A DNA stretch of 64,000 nt from Polyangiales bacterium (lineage in GTDB: Bacteria > Myxococcota_A > Polyangia > Polyangiales > Ga0077539), in NCBI GenBank assembly GCA_044229975.1, contig JBGARZ010000002.1, forward strand, positions 128,001 through 192,000. The letters run 5' to 3'. The notes below the pieces were generated by a model, which saw nothing but the letters and a program-made list of their open reading frames with translations, searched no databases and was not told the DNA's origin. This document shows, one piece after another, positions 23,492-34,867 of this stretch. A program made the translations under genes and the position numbers. Each line of letters starts with the position of its first letter. The first letter of the stretch is position 1.

Positions 23492-24429
23492 TGCTGCGAC
23501 CGAAGCGATTGGACTCCATCCTCGACGCAGTGGGCAACACGCCGCTGCTGCGACTGCGAACGCTAGAGCGCGACACACCGGGCGTGGAGATCTACGCCAA
23601 GCTGGAGTTTCAAAACCCCGGCGGCTCGGTGAAGGACCGCGCGGCGCGGCAGATCTTCACCGACGCGCTCCGCCGCGGTGACCTCACCCGCGATCGCGTG
23701 CTCATCGACTCGACCTCGGGCAACACGGGCGTCGCCTACTCGCTCGTGGGCGCGGCGCTCGGCTACCGCGTCGCGCTGGTGATGCCGTCCAACGTGTCGC
23801 AGGCGCGCAAGGACATCACCCGCGCCTTCGGCACCGAGATCATCTACTCCGACCCGCTGGAGGGCAGCGACGGCGCGATTCGCCTTGCCCGCAAGCTCGT
23901 CGCCGAGCGGCCCGACCACTACTACTACCCCGACCAGTACTCCAACGAGAGCAACCCGCTGGGGCACTACCTCACGACGGGGCCGGAGATATTGGCCGAC
24001 GTGGGCGACCGCATCACGCACTTCGTCACGGGCCTCGGCACTACCGGCACCATGATGGGCACCACGCGCCGCTTGAAGGAGCACCACCGCCCCATTCGCT
24101 GCGTGGCGGTGCAGCCCGCCGACGCGCTGCACGGCCTGGAGGGCCTCAAGCATCTGCCGAGCTCGCTGGTGCCGCCCATCTACAGCGACGCCGTGCCCGA
24201 CGAGACCATGTGGATCAACACCGAGGACGGCTGGGACATGACCGACCGGCTCTGGGAGCAGGAGTCGGTTCACGTCGGTCACTCGGCCGGGGCCAATGTG
24301 TTTGCCGCGTACACCATCGCGCGTGACCTCGCTTCGCGGGGCGAGCCCGGCTGCGTCGTGACGATCCTTTGTGACCGCGGCGACCGATACTTCCTCCCGA
24401 TGAAGTGGGAGCGTCTCTACACCTGGTGA
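23488..24429 (+). CDS. cysM: Cysteine synthase B / CysM-type PLP enzyme
   Basis: NPGGSVKDR, STSGNTG, GLGTTGT, LHGLEGLK, DRGDRY; context with sulfur carrier and JAB protease. Confidence 0.85.
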   Translation: MMLRPKRLDSILDAVGNTPLLRLRTLERDTPGVEIYAKLEFQNPGGSVKDRAARQIFTDALRRGDLTRDRVLIDSTSGNTGVAYSLVGAALGYRVALVMPSNVSQARKDITRAFGTEIIYSDPLEGSDGAIRLARKLVAERPDHYYYPDQYSNESNPLGHYLTTGPEILADVGDRITHFVTGLGTTGTMMGTTRRLKEHHRPIRCVAVQPADALHGLEGLKHLPSSLVPPIYSDAVPDETMWINTEDGWDMTDRLWEQESVHVGHSAGANVFAAYTIARDLASRGEPGCVVTILCDRGDRYFLPMKWERLYTW

Positions 24430-24443
24430 GAGGGAGTCCGACG

Positions 24444-24953
24444 ATGCGTACCCGACCGTGGCTACAGGGCAATCTCGTGATTCCGCAGGACGTCCTCGAC
24501 GACGTCGACGCGCACGCCCGCGAGGCGTACCCCGGCGAGTCGTGCGGGCTGCTCCTCGGCCCCGCGGGTGACCCGCGCGTCATCACGTCGGGGCGGCGCG
24601 TGCCCAACCTCGCCGACCGCTATCACAAGCTCGACCCCGAGACGTACCCGCGCACCTCGAAGAACGCCTACATCATCGACGGCATGCTCATGCAGCGCGC
24701 CCTCGCGGACGGCGACGCGGGCGGCGTTCCGGTGAAGGTGATCTATCACTCGCACTGCGACGTCGGCGCGTACTTCTCCACCGAGGACAAGATCGTCGCG
24801 TCCCCGGAGGGAACGCCCGTGCTGCCCGTCGTGTATCTCGTCACGAGCGTGCGCGAGGGCGGCGTGGTCGACGACCACAAGCTCTTCATCTTCAAGGATG
24901 GCGACTGGGACGAGGCGCCGTACACCATCGGGCCGCGTCCCTCGATGGTGTAG
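24444..24953 (+). CDS. JAB/MPN (M67) metallopeptidase, Mec-like
   Basis: YPGESCGLLLG and YHSH...FSTED JAMM motif. Confidence 0.9.
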   Translation: MRTRPWLQGNLVIPQDVLDDVDAHAREAYPGESCGLLLGPAGDPRVITSGRRVPNLADRYHKLDPETYPRTSKNAYIIDGMLMQRALADGDAGGVPVKVIYHSHCDVGAYFSTEDKIVASPEGTPVLPVVYLVTSVREGGVVDDHKLFIFKDGDWDEAPYTIGPRPSMV

Positions 24954-24959
24954 CGGGCG

Positions 24960-25696
<737 letters not shown>

Positions 25697-25700
<4 letters not shown>

Positions 25701-27169
25701 GACCGCGCCAGCCTCGATTCAAGCCTGCGAGCCACCACCGACAAGGGGTAGCTCATGAGGAAGTACATCAGCGCGCACAGCGCACCGGGCCACGCCCACC
25801 CGCGGATGTCGACGGCCGTGATGGTCATCTGCTTGGTGAGCTCGACCACCGTGATGACCGACACCAGCGAGCTGTCCTTGAGCAGCGCGATGAAGTCGTT
25901 GGTCACCGACGGCAGCGCCAGACGAAAGGCCTGCGGCAGGATGATGCGCCGCAGCGACAGCCCGAGCGGCATGCCCAGCGACAGCGCCGCCTCCATCTGC
26001 CCACGCGGAACCGCCTGGATGCCCGCGCGGTACACCTCGGCCTCGTAGGCGGCGTAGTTCATCCCGAGGCCGATGATCGCTGCCGGGAAGGCGCTGATCT
26101 TCACGATGGGCGCGAGCCCGTAATACAGGACGTACAACTGGAGCAGTACCGGCGTGCCCCGGTAGAGCTCGACGTAGGCGCCCGCGAGCCGCGCGAGGGG
26201 CTTCGGGCCGAAGAGGCGCAGCACCGCGAGGCCGAGCCCGAGCGGGATGGCCAGCGCCATCGCGAGCGCCGAGAGCAGCAGCGTGACGAGCGCGCCCTTG
26301 AGGAAGAGCACCACGTGCGAGCGGGAGAAGTGTTGCGCTGCGGCGGCCGTGCCGAGCATGCGCCGCTGGTCTTCGTCGGACCATGTGGCGAGGCGGCGTT
26401 CGCGGTCGTTCCAGATGTTGCCGTGGCGCAGGATGCGCTCCATCTCGCCGCTCGCGGTGATGCGCGCCAGGGCCTGGTCGACGGCCTGCTGGAGGTCGGC
26501 TTCGGCCGGTCGCGTGGCGATGGAGTAGTAGCCGTCGGCGAGGTCGCCCACGACGCGCAGCTCGGGCTTCGTCTCGCCGTACCGGGCCGCGATGATGTCG
26601 TCGAGCAGCACCGCGTCGGTGCGGCTCTGCACGAGGTCGATGTACGGCTCCTCGACGCCTTCGTAGGGGACGACCTCCGCGACGTTGCGGAGCAGCTCGT
26701 AGGAGAAGCTGTTCGCGAGCGTTCCGACGCGACGACCGCGCAGCGAGGTGAGCGACGGTTGGATGCGCTGGTCGTCACGGCGGGCCATGAGACGCGCGCC
26801 GAAGATGTAGTAGGGCCGAGTGAAGCGGACGCGGCCGACGCGCTGGGGAGTGACCTCCAGGCCGTTCATCGCGATGTCGAAGGTGCCGCGCTCCAGCGAG
26901 GGGATGAGGGCGCTCCAGTCGTTCTGCACGAACTGCGCGCGCACCCCGAGCTCGCGCGCGATGGCGTTGGCGATCTCGACCTCGAAGCCCGTGAGGCGAC
27001 CGCCGTGCTCGGCGTCCTCGTAGACGTACGGCTCGCCGCCCTGGATGTCCCCGCCCCACCGCAACACACCGGCCGCGCGCACCCTCGCGAGCCCGCCCCC
27101 CGGCGGCGCCGCGCGGTGACACGAGAGCAGCGCCGCTGCGAGCACCACGACCCACCACAGTCGATTCAC
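25697..27169 (-). CDS. Amino acid ABC transporter, fused substrate-binding protein + permease
   Basis: SBP family 3 domain (GFEVEIA) then HisM-type permease (RGTPVLLQL, AYEAEVYRAG, LLKDSSL). Confidence 0.92.
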
Positions 27170-27224
27170 CCCGCGACGCTACCGCAGGGCAAACGCGACT
27201 GACCAGCGCTACGAGCGAGCCCGC

Positions 27225-27533
27225 TCAGGCCGTGAGAACGCGCTCCAGGTAGCGCTTCGCGCCGCGTCGGGCGAGCTCGGTGGCGGCGTAGCCACCGAGG
27301 TTCCAGATGAGGAAGCGCGCGACGCGGGAGCTGGCGACGACGCCGATGGTGATGCCCACGCCCACGGCTACGGCGAGCGTGCGGTAGGGGCGCTCGCGGA
27401 GCTCGGTCTGTACGCGGTCGGGAATCGCCAGCACGGTGTCGACGATCTCGTCTGGGGCGATGTGCTTGATGGCCTCGACCGGCGAGTGGAGCATGTCCTT
27501 CACGGACATCGATTCGTGGTGGTGGGTGGTCAT
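27225..27533 (-). CDS. Small membrane-anchored hypothetical protein (ElaB/YqjD-like C-terminus)
   Basis: LRERPYRTLAVAVGVGITIG resembles the DUF883 anchor; GAGG RBS. Confidence 0.6.
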   Translation of the reverse strand: MTTHHHESMSVKDMLHSPVEAIKHIAPDEIVDTVLAIPDRVQTELRERPYRTLAVAVGVGITIGVVASSRVARFLIWNLGGYAATELARRGAKRYLERVLTA

Positions 27534-27606
27534 GGAGGCACCTCGTGGGAGCGTCGGTTCTCCCTACTGCGTGATGCCCGGCCGCCGAACGGCAAGCCTG
27601 CGCTCT

Positions 27607-28620
27607 TCAGACCTCTCCCGCCCAGCACTCCGCGAAGGCTCGCCGCGCCGTCTCCCGTCGCCGACCCTCGTCCGCCCGACCGAGCGCCAGCATCAGCTTC
27701 GCCACGGCCGCCTCGGCGGTCATCGCGCCTGCTCCGATGGCGCCCTCGCCCAGGGCCGCGGCGCCACCCTCGTAGCGCGTGAGGTCGACCGCCCCGCGCG
27801 CGCACTGGCTCACGATCACCACCGGGACGTCACGCGCCACGGCGTCGCGCACGACAGGGACGAGGGAGTTTTCGAGGCGCGGGATGTTGCCCGAACCGAA
27901 GCCCTCCAGCAGGAGACCCCGCACGCCCGATCGCAGCGCGCCCAGCAGCAGCTTCGGGTCGAGCCCCGGAAACAACCGCACCGCGAGCACCTTCGCCTCG
28001 ATGCGCGCGTCGAACTCGGCGCGGGCTCGCGGCGGGAGGATGTGGGTGCCTCGCTCGACGGTGACGCCCAGCGTGACGAGCGGCGCGCACGAGGGCGACG
28101 CGAAGGCGTCGAGCGCCCAGGCGTCCATCTTGATGGCGCGGCAGCCGCGCAGGAGCCGCGCGTTGAAGGCGATGGCGACCTCGGGGAGATCCATCGTGGC
28201 AAGGTGGCAGGCGTCGACGAGGTTGGAGCGCGCGTCGGTGCGCACCTCGGCGAGCGGGCGCTGCGCTCCGGTGAGCACCACCGGTCGGTCGAGCCCGGGA
28301 AGAAGAAACGCCAGCGCGCTCGCGGTGTAGGCCATGGTGTCGGTGCCATGGAGGACCACCACGCCGTCGAAGGAGCGCGAGCCGTCGGGGAGGCGCTCGT
28401 CGAGCGCGCCGTGGATGGCGGCGCCGAGCTCGACCCAGTGGTGCGGTTGCAGGTCGCTGGAGTCGTAGTTGAAGAGGATGCGCGTCTCGATGTCCGCGAT
28501 GCGGTTGAGCACCGGGAGCTCGGCGAGCAGATCGCTCGTGTAGACGTCGGGCTTGAGAGGCGTCGGATCGCCTCCATGCATCATCAGGGTTCCGCCGGTG
28601 TGGAGGATGAGGAGTCGCAC
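27607..28620 (-). CDS. ansA: L-asparaginase type I
   Basis: HTGGTL, HGTDTMAY, LTGAQRP, GFGSGN, SQC motifs; no signal peptide. Confidence 0.92.
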   Translation of the reverse strand: MRLLILHTGGTLMMHGGDPTPLKPDVYTSDLLAELPVLNRIADIETRILFNYDSSDLQPHHWVELGAAIHGALDERLPDGSRSFDGVVVLHGTDTMAYTASALAFLLPGLDRPVVLTGAQRPLAEVRTDARSNLVDACHLATMDLPEVAIAFNARLLRGCRAIKMDAWALDAFASPSCAPLVTLGVTVERGTHILPPRARAEFDARIEAKVLAVRLFPGLDPKLLLGALRSGVRGLLLEGFGSGNIPRLENSLVPVVRDAVARDVPVVIVSQCARGAVDLTRYEGGAAALGEGAIGAGAMTAEAAVAKLMLALGRADEGRRRETARRAFAECWAGEV

Positions 28621-28717
28621 GGCGCGGCACCGTATCACGGTCGGGATATGTCCCCCGCGGATTGGCGAGCGCGCGACGGATGAGGCACACCGACGAGCGG
28701 GTTGAGGAGCGGTGACG

Positions 28718-29158
28718 ATGCAGCGATTGACGAGGCCCGAGGTGGTGCGGCTGACGGAGCGGGTGCCCGACATCCTGAAGGTGCTGGAGACGGTGCTGGG
28801 TTCGGTGTTCGACGAGCAGGGGTCGCGGTGGAGCGAGTGCAAGCTGCGGGTGGGCGCGGCGATGAGCGCGGTCGAGCTCGCGTCCAACAGCCGGCTGGAG
28901 AAGCGACGGGCGCTCTGGCACGCGTCGATGGTGCTGATGACCCTGAAGGATGTCGAAGGCGACCCCGACACGGCGCGCCTGCTCGATGAGGTGGCGGGCG
29001 TCTCGCACACGCTCTCGCTGGCTGCCATCGCGTGCGACAGCGAGGTGGCCTCGGCGGAGGTCATCGGTCAGGCGCAGCGCTTCATCGAGGCGCTCGGCAT
29101 CGGCCCGGTGACCTGGGAGGTGCTCGCGAAGGCCCACCGCGCCGTGGACGACCGGTAG
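28718..29158 (+). CDS. Hypothetical all-alpha protein
   Basis: Strong GAGGAG RBS, coding-like codon bias. Confidence 0.65.
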   Translation: MQRLTRPEVVRLTERVPDILKVLETVLGSVFDEQGSRWSECKLRVGAAMSAVELASNSRLEKRRALWHASMVLMTLKDVEGDPDTARLLDEVAGVSHTLSLAAIACDSEVASAEVIGQAQRFIEALGIGPVTWEVLAKAHRAVDDR

Positions 29159-30094
29159 TCAGTCGCGGTCGACGGAGAAGTCGAAGTTCGAGACGAAGTG
29201 ATCGGCGAGGCCGGCCTGCGCGATGGTCGGCAGGCTGTCGAGCAGTCCAGCGCTCGCCGGGAGCGAGAGCCGAACGCTGATGCGAGGCGTGTCGCCGCGC
29301 ATGGTGGTGGTGCAGCGCAGGCGCACACGGTTGTCGTCGAGGATGGCCGTGACGTTGGCGCGCACGCGGTCACGATCGCCGCTGGCGAAGCGAAACGTCC
29401 CGCCGGTGAAGCGCATGCGGATGGGAATCGGGGTGTCGAGGTGGGCGCTGCCGGTCAGCGACTCAAGCGTGAGGAGCGGTCGACCACCGGGCTCGCGCAC
29501 GTCGATGGCGAGCACGGTGCTGATGTCCGAGACCCGCGCGTCGGGCACGTCGGGCACGGCCGTGATCAGCGTGATGTCGGACACCTCGATGCGCTCGAAG
29601 ACGACGTTGGACGGCCGCGGTCCGGGCGGTGGCGGCCGGGAGGGCTCGCCTTGCGGGCGGGGCCGACCCTGGAAGGTGGTGTCGATGGAGAGGGTTCCGC
29701 TGCGCTGGTGGAGCACGACGCGGCCGCCGTGGGCTCGCGTGCGCGGCGACACGAAGTGGCCGCGAAGCGCGGCGCTCCAGCGAACCTCCAGGTCGACGTC
29801 TCGCACGACGATCACCTGCTCACCTCCAGGCGCGCGAAAGCGGACGTCGCGGGCGACGACGCCGCGACGGGTGAGCTTCGTGATCTCGGCGATGCTGATG
29901 CGCCCCTTGATCTCGCCGTTGATCAACGACTCGACCTTGCGCGCCAGGAAGCGACGGCCCGCCTCACCGTGCAGCCACACGACGAAGACTCCCGTCGAGG
30001 CGACGAGGAGCACGATCAGCGCGAGCAACGACCACAGGACGCGACGCAGCCACGGGTGACGCGTGCCCTTGGGCGCGTCAGGAGGTGCCGTCAT
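29159..30094 (-). CDS. Short AsmA/TamB-N-terminus-like membrane-anchored protein
   Basis: N-terminal TM followed by beta-rich segment resembling the TamB N-terminus in this window. Confidence 0.6.
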   Translation of the reverse strand: MTAPPDAPKGTRHPWLRRVLWSLLALIVLLVASTGVFVVWLHGEAGRRFLARKVESLINGEIKGRISIAEITKLTRRGVVARDVRFRAPGGEQVIVVRDVDLEVRWSAALRGHFVSPRTRAHGGRVVLHQRSGTLSIDTTFQGRPRPQGEPSRPPPPGPRPSNVVFERIEVSDITLITAVPDVPDARVSDISTVLAIDVREPGGRPLLTLESLTGSAHLDTPIPIRMRFTGGTFRFASGDRDRVRANVTAILDDNRVRLRCTTTMRGDTPRISVRLSLPASAGLLDSLPTIAQAGLADHFVSNFDFSVDRD

Positions 30095-30157
30095 CGAGGG
30101 GTGCTCCGCGGGTTCACGTCTCCACCGCATGGAGCCGTCGGCCGCGGACGTCGAGGT

Positions 30158-30949
30158 TCAGAACGTCGCGCCGAAGGAGAGGTGCCCTTGCGCACCGACG
30201 CGGACGTCACTGCTGAGCCGGTACTGGATGGCGGACAGACCGCCGCCGGCGCTCAGCACGAAGCGGTCGATGGAGAGCGTCGCCTCGGGGCCCGCGACCA
30301 CGTCCCAGTCGGGCTCGTTTTCGGGCTCGTCGGCGTCGCGTTCGAGGTCGAGGCGCGCGCGCGAATCGAGCCCGAGGCGAAAGGTCGGCGTGACCCTGAC
30401 GAGCGCCGCGAGGCGGGCCTCGCCGAAGTGCTCGCCCTGATCCAGCCCGTAGCCGTAGCCCACGTTGGCGAGGAGGTTGAGCCGACCAAACGAGCGACCC
30501 ATCGCGACCAGCACATTGGCCGCCGGAACGGTGTTGAACCCCTGCCCCTGGTAGCCCGCATAGACGGCGAGGTCGATGCCGTGTCGCTCCTGCCGGAGCG
30601 CGTCGACGCTGAGGGAGACGCTGGGTCGGACCGTTCCGTCGGGGCCCACGTAGCCGACGCCGGCGCGGAGGGAGACGGGGCCGATGAGCGACGCCTGCGC
30701 CGTGCTGTCGAAGACGAAGCCGCCGTGCGCGCTGTCATAGCCGCCTTGAACCCAGGCGTAGGCCCGCTGGGTGTCGCCCCGCGCAGGGGCCGTCAACGGC
30801 AAGAACGCGCCAGCCTGGACGGCCGCCGACGAGGGAGGAGGCGCGGGCTGCTCATCGCCGTCGCTGCCCGCGGGCGGGTCGGCGAAGACCGGAGTCGCCG
30901 CGAGGGTGAGCGAGAGCGCGAAGGACACGAAGCGGTGGGACGGAAGCAT
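30158..30949 (-). CDS. Hypothetical outer membrane beta-barrel protein
   Basis: Signal peptide, alternating beta strands, C-terminal Phe (SFGATF). Confidence 0.7.
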   Translation of the reverse strand: MLPSHRFVSFALSLTLAATPVFADPPAGSDGDEQPAPPPSSAAVQAGAFLPLTAPARGDTQRAYAWVQGGYDSAHGGFVFDSTAQASLIGPVSLRAGVGYVGPDGTVRPSVSLSVDALRQERHGIDLAVYAGYQGQGFNTVPAANVLVAMGRSFGRLNLLANVGYGYGLDQGEHFGEARLAALVRVTPTFRLGLDSRARLDLERDADEPENEPDWDVVAGPEATLSIDRFVLSAGGGLSAIQYRLSSDVRVGAQGHLSFGATF

Positions 30950-31039
30950 TGGACGACGAGACCTCCTCACGACGGACCCCCGCTCGCATACGACGACCGC
31001 GCTCGTGAGAATAGTGGCCACCCGGCCACGATCACCGGA

Positions 31040-31636
31040 TCAGCACGGCGTCCCGAGGGCGCGCTCCAGCTCACCGAAGGGGTCGACCACCGCCCGCACG
31101 ATGCCCCGCGCCACCCGCGGGAGCCCGGCCGCCATCTCCCAGGTCACGAAGCGCAGCTCGCCGATGAGCGCGCCGCCGAGCGGTGTCCAGACGAGGTCGT
31201 TGGCGGAGGGGCGGCTGTTCCAGACCTCGACGCCGTACTCCCAGACGATGGAGCTCACGGCCGTAAACGCGAGCGACGCCGCGAACCCGTGCTGGCACTG
31301 CCGCGCCCGCAGGTACAGCTCGCTGCCCATCAGGCCGTGGCCGAAGAAGTTGATCTCCCAGCGGTCGCCGTCCCACTCGAAGAGCCGCCGCGACGGGTCG
31401 AACACCGGCGGTTGTGTGTACGCCGCGCGCAGGTGGGCGAGGTTGCGATCGCCGTCCTCGAGCGAGAACGCGTGCTGCCAGAGCAGCATCGCCGCCGCGC
31501 GCTGACCCAGGAGCAGCCCCGTGCCGTGGAGCGCGGGGACGAGCCACGACGAGGCGTGCGGTCGCTCGACGGGCTGGGCGCTGACCTCCATGGAGAGGGC
31601 CAGCGCCGCGAACCCGGCGAGCGCCGCGGAGCGCAC
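31040..31636 (-). CDS. DUF3943-like secreted/membrane protein
   Basis: DGDRWEINFFGHGLMGSELY, WEYGVE, PSANDLVWTPLGGALIGE. Confidence 0.75.
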   Translation of the reverse strand: MRSAALAGFAALALSMEVSAQPVERPHASSWLVPALHGTGLLLGQRAAAMLLWQHAFSLEDGDRNLAHLRAAYTQPPVFDPSRRLFEWDGDRWEINFFGHGLMGSELYLRARQCQHGFAASLAFTAVSSIVWEYGVEVWNSRPSANDLVWTPLGGALIGELRFVTWEMAAGLPRVARGIVRAVVDPFGELERALGTPC

Positions 31637-31637
31637 G

Positions 31638-34600
31638 TCAGCTCTTCGCGTTGCGCGCGAGGTAGGTGCCCCAGTCGAGGGGCTTGAGGTCGCTCACCTT
31701 GTACTTGTGCATGGCCTCCACCGCGGCGCGCGCGAGCTGGAGGTTGGTGAGCAGCGGCACGTTGACGTCCACCGCGCGGCGGCGGATGCGGTAGCCGTCG
31801 GGCAGGCCCTGGTTGTCGTACGAGCGCGGGATGTTGATCACCAGGTCGATGTGCCCGCTGTTGAGCAGCGACACCGCGCTCGGCGACTTCTCGTCGCTGT
31901 CCTTGTAGGCCACCTCGCAGGCGATCCCCTGCTCCTTGAGCACGTCCGCGGTGCCGGGCGTCGCATAGATGGTGAGTCCCATCTCGGTGAGCCACTGCGC
32001 CTCGCGCTCGAAGCGGTACTTGTCCGCCACGGGGCCGAGCGAGAGCAGCACGCCGCGCTTCGGGACCTTGAAGCCCGTCGCGATGAGCGCCTTGAGCAGC
32101 GCCTCGGAGAGGTCGTCGCCGAGGCAACCGACCTCACCCGTGGACGCCATCTCGACGCCCAGCGTCGGGTCGGCGCCGGCGAGGCGCGAGAAGGAGAACT
32201 GCGCCGCCTTCACCGCGACGTAGTCGAGGTCGAGCGCTTCGACGGAGGTCGGCGTGGCGACCCCGAGCATGCGGCGCGCGGCCTCGCGGATGAAGTTGGT
32301 TCCGGTCACCTTCGACACGAAGGGGAAGGAGCGCGACGCCCGCAGGTTGCACTCGATGACCTTCACCACGTTGTCCTTCGCGAGGAACTGCATGTTGAAG
32401 GGCCCGGTGATCTGGAGGGCCCGCGCCACGTCGCGCGCGATGCGCTTGATGCGGCGGATGGTCTCCACGTAGAGCTTCTGCGGCGGAAGCACGAGCGTCG
32501 CGTCCCCGGAGTGGACGCCGGCGTTTTCGACGTGCTCGCTGATGGCCGAGAGCACCACCTCGCCGCGGTCGGCGACGGCGTCGATCTCGATCTCCTTGGC
32601 GTGCGTCTCGAACTTGGTGATGACCACCGGGTGCTCCGGCGACACGGCCGTCGCGCGGTGCAGGTAGTTACGCAGGTGGTGCTGCTCGTGGGCGACGGTC
32701 ATCGCCGCGCCGGAGAGCACGTACGACGGGCGCACCAGCAGGGGGAAGCCACCGAGCTCTTCGGTGAGCTTCGTGAGGTGCTCATCGCTCACGTCCGTCG
32801 TGGTGGTCCACTTCGGCTGGTCGATCTGGAGCTGGTCGAGGAGGTCACCGAACTTCTGGCGGTCTTCCGCGCGGTCGACCGACTCGGGGCTGGTGCCGAG
32901 CACCCGCACGCCCGCTTTGTGGAGCTTGAGCGCGAGGTTGTTGGAGACCTGTCCGCCCATGGAGACGATGACCCCGTAGGGCTGCTCTCGCTCGTAGAGG
33001 TCGAGCACCGTCTCCAGGCTGATCTCGTCGAAGACCAGCTTGTCGCAGACGTCGTAGTCGGTGGAGACCGTCTCCGGGTTGTAGTTGAGCAGGATGGTCT
33101 CGTAGCCGAGCTCCTGCGCCGCGCGCACGGTGTTCACGCTGCACCAGTCGAACTCCACGCTCGACCCGATGCGGTACGCGCCCGACCCGAGCACGATGAC
33201 CTTCTTGCGCCACGAGGCGGCCACGTCGTCGGCCGACGCGTGGTAGGTCATGTAGAGGTAGTTGGTCTCCGCGGGGTACTCGGCGGCCAACGTGTCGATC
33301 TGGCAGAGGTGCGGACGGATGCCGTGTCGCAGGCGCTCGGAGCGAACCTCGGGCTCGCTGTTCTTGCGGATGCGCGCGATGGCCTTGTCCGAGAAGCCTC
33401 GCTGCTTGGCCTCGCGGAGTAGCGGCGCGGGGACGGTTCCGGTGCCCTCCTTCAACGACCGCCGGGTGCGGACGATGGACTCGATCTCGTTGAGGAACCA
33501 ACGGTCGATGCCCGAGAGCCGGTTGATCTCGTCGATGGTCATCCCCTGCTCCATCGCGCGGGCGACGGCGAGGATGCGGCGGGGCGACGGGTTGCGAATC
33601 TCGTTGGCGAGGTCTTCACCCGTGAAGGCGTCGGGGTCGAGCCCGTCGACGCCGATCTCGATCATCCGCAGCGCCTTCTGGAGCACCTCGGGGAAGCTCC
33701 GGCCGATGGCCATCACCTCGCCCACGCTCTTCATCTCGCTGCCGATGCGCGTGTCGACCTGGTTGAACTTCTGGAGGTCCCACCGCGGAAACTTGCAGAC
33801 GATGTAGTCGAGCGCCGGCTCGAAGAACGAGCTGGTGCGCCGCGTGATGGCGTTGGGCAGGTCGGGCAGCGTGTAGCCGAGGGCGATCTTCGCGGCGACG
33901 TACGCGAGCGGATATCCAGTGGCCTTCGACGCGAGCGCGCTCGATCGGCTGAGCCGCGCGTTGACCTCGATGACCCGGTAGTCGTTGCTCTTGGGGTCGA
34001 GCGCGTACTGGATGTTGCACTCACCCACCACGCCGAGGTGGCGGATGGTGCGGATCGCGATGCTGCGGAGGAGCTGGTACTCCTCGTCGTTGAGCGTCTG
34101 CGAAGGACACACCACGATCGACTCCCCGGTGTGGATGCCGAGGGGATCGAGGTTCTCCATGTTGCAGACGGTGATGCAGTTGTCGCGCGCGTCGCGGACG
34201 ACCTCGTACTCGATCTCCTTCCACCCGCGCAGCGACTCTTCGACGAGCACCTGCGCCGTGCCGCCGCCGAAGGCCCGCAAGAGCGCCGCCTCCAGCTGCT
34301 GATCGGTCTCGCAGATGGCCGACCCCTTGCCGCCGAGCGAGTACGCTGCGCGCAGGATCACCGGCAGCCCGAGCATCTTCACCGCCGCGCGCACCTCGTC
34401 GGCGCTGTTGCAGGCGGCCGAGCGCGCGGTCTTCACGCCGATCTCGTCGAGGCGCTGTTTGAAGCGCAGGCGGTCTTCGGTGTCGCGCACCGTCTCGACG
34501 GGGGTGCCGAGCACGCGCACGCCGTACTTGGCGAGGATGCCGGACTCGTCGAGGGCGACGCCGCAGTTGAGCGCGGTCTGCCCACCGAAGGAGATGGTGA

Positions 34601-34865
34601 TCGCGTCGACCTCTTCGCGGACGATGACCTCCTCGACGAAGTGTGGGTCGACCGGGAGGAAGTAGACCTTGTCGGCCATCTCCTCGCTGGTCTGGATGGT
34701 GGCGATGTTGGGGTTGACCAGGACGGTCTGGATCCCCTCTTCGCGGATGGCCTTGATGGCCTGCGAGCCGGAGTAGTCGAACTCGCCGGCCTCGCCGATC
34801 TTGAGGGCGCCGGACCCGAGGATGAGGACGCGGCGGGGCTTCTTGGGGAGGTACTGTCCGAACAT
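31638..34865 (-). CDS. carB: Carbamoyl-phosphate synthase large subunit
   Basis: Duplicated ATP-grasp halves, GEFDYSGSQA, HTGESIV, NPETVSTDYD, C-terminal MGS domain. Confidence 0.97.
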   Translation of the reverse strand: MFGQYLPKKPRRVLILGSGALKIGEAGEFDYSGSQAIKAIREEGIQTVLVNPNIATIQTSEEMADKVYFLPVDPHFVEEVIVREEVDAITISFGGQTALNCGVALDESGILAKYGVRVLGTPVETVRDTEDRLRFKQRLDEIGVKTARSAACNSADEVRAAVKMLGLPVILRAAYSLGGKGSAICETDQQLEAALLRAFGGGTAQVLVEESLRGWKEIEYEVVRDARDNCITVCNMENLDPLGIHTGESIVVCPSQTLNDEEYQLLRSIAIRTIRHLGVVGECNIQYALDPKSNDYRVIEVNARLSRSSALASKATGYPLAYVAAKIALGYTLPDLPNAITRRTSSFFEPALDYIVCKFPRWDLQKFNQVDTRIGSEMKSVGEVMAIGRSFPEVLQKALRMIEIGVDGLDPDAFTGEDLANEIRNPSPRRILAVARAMEQGMTIDEINRLSGIDRWFLNEIESIVRTRRSLKEGTGTVPAPLLREAKQRGFSDKAIARIRKNSEPEVRSERLRHGIRPHLCQIDTLAAEYPAETNYLYMTYHASADDVAASWRKKVIVLGSGAYRIGSSVEFDWCSVNTVRAAQELGYETILLNYNPETVSTDYDVCDKLVFDEISLETVLDLYEREQPYGVIVSMGGQVSNNLALKLHKAGVRVLGTSPESVDRAEDRQKFGDLLDQLQIDQPKWTTTTDVSDEHLTKLTEELGGFPLLVRPSYVLSGAAMTVAHEQHHLRNYLHRATAVSPEHPVVITKFETHAKEIEIDAVADRGEVVLSAISEHVENAGVHSGDATLVLPPQKLYVETIRRIKRIARDVARALQITGPFNMQFLAKDNVVKVIECNLRASRSFPFVSKVTGTNFIREAARRMLGVATPTSVEALDLDYVAVKAAQFSFSRLAGADPTLGVEMASTGEVGCLGDDLSEALLKALIATGFKVPKRGVLLSLGPVADKYRFEREAQWLTEMGLTIYATPGTADVLKEQGIACEVAYKDSDEKSPSAVSLLNSGHIDLVINIPRSYDNQGLPDGYRIRRRAVDVNVPLLTNLQLARAAVEAMHKYKVSDLKPLDWGTYLARNAKS

Positions 34866-34867
34866 TG

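Noticed and set aside
22190..24953. Anti-phage ubiquitin-like system (CBASS type II, Bil)
   Set aside because: No E2, CD-NTase or effector; flanking cysteine synthases point to sulfur metabolism
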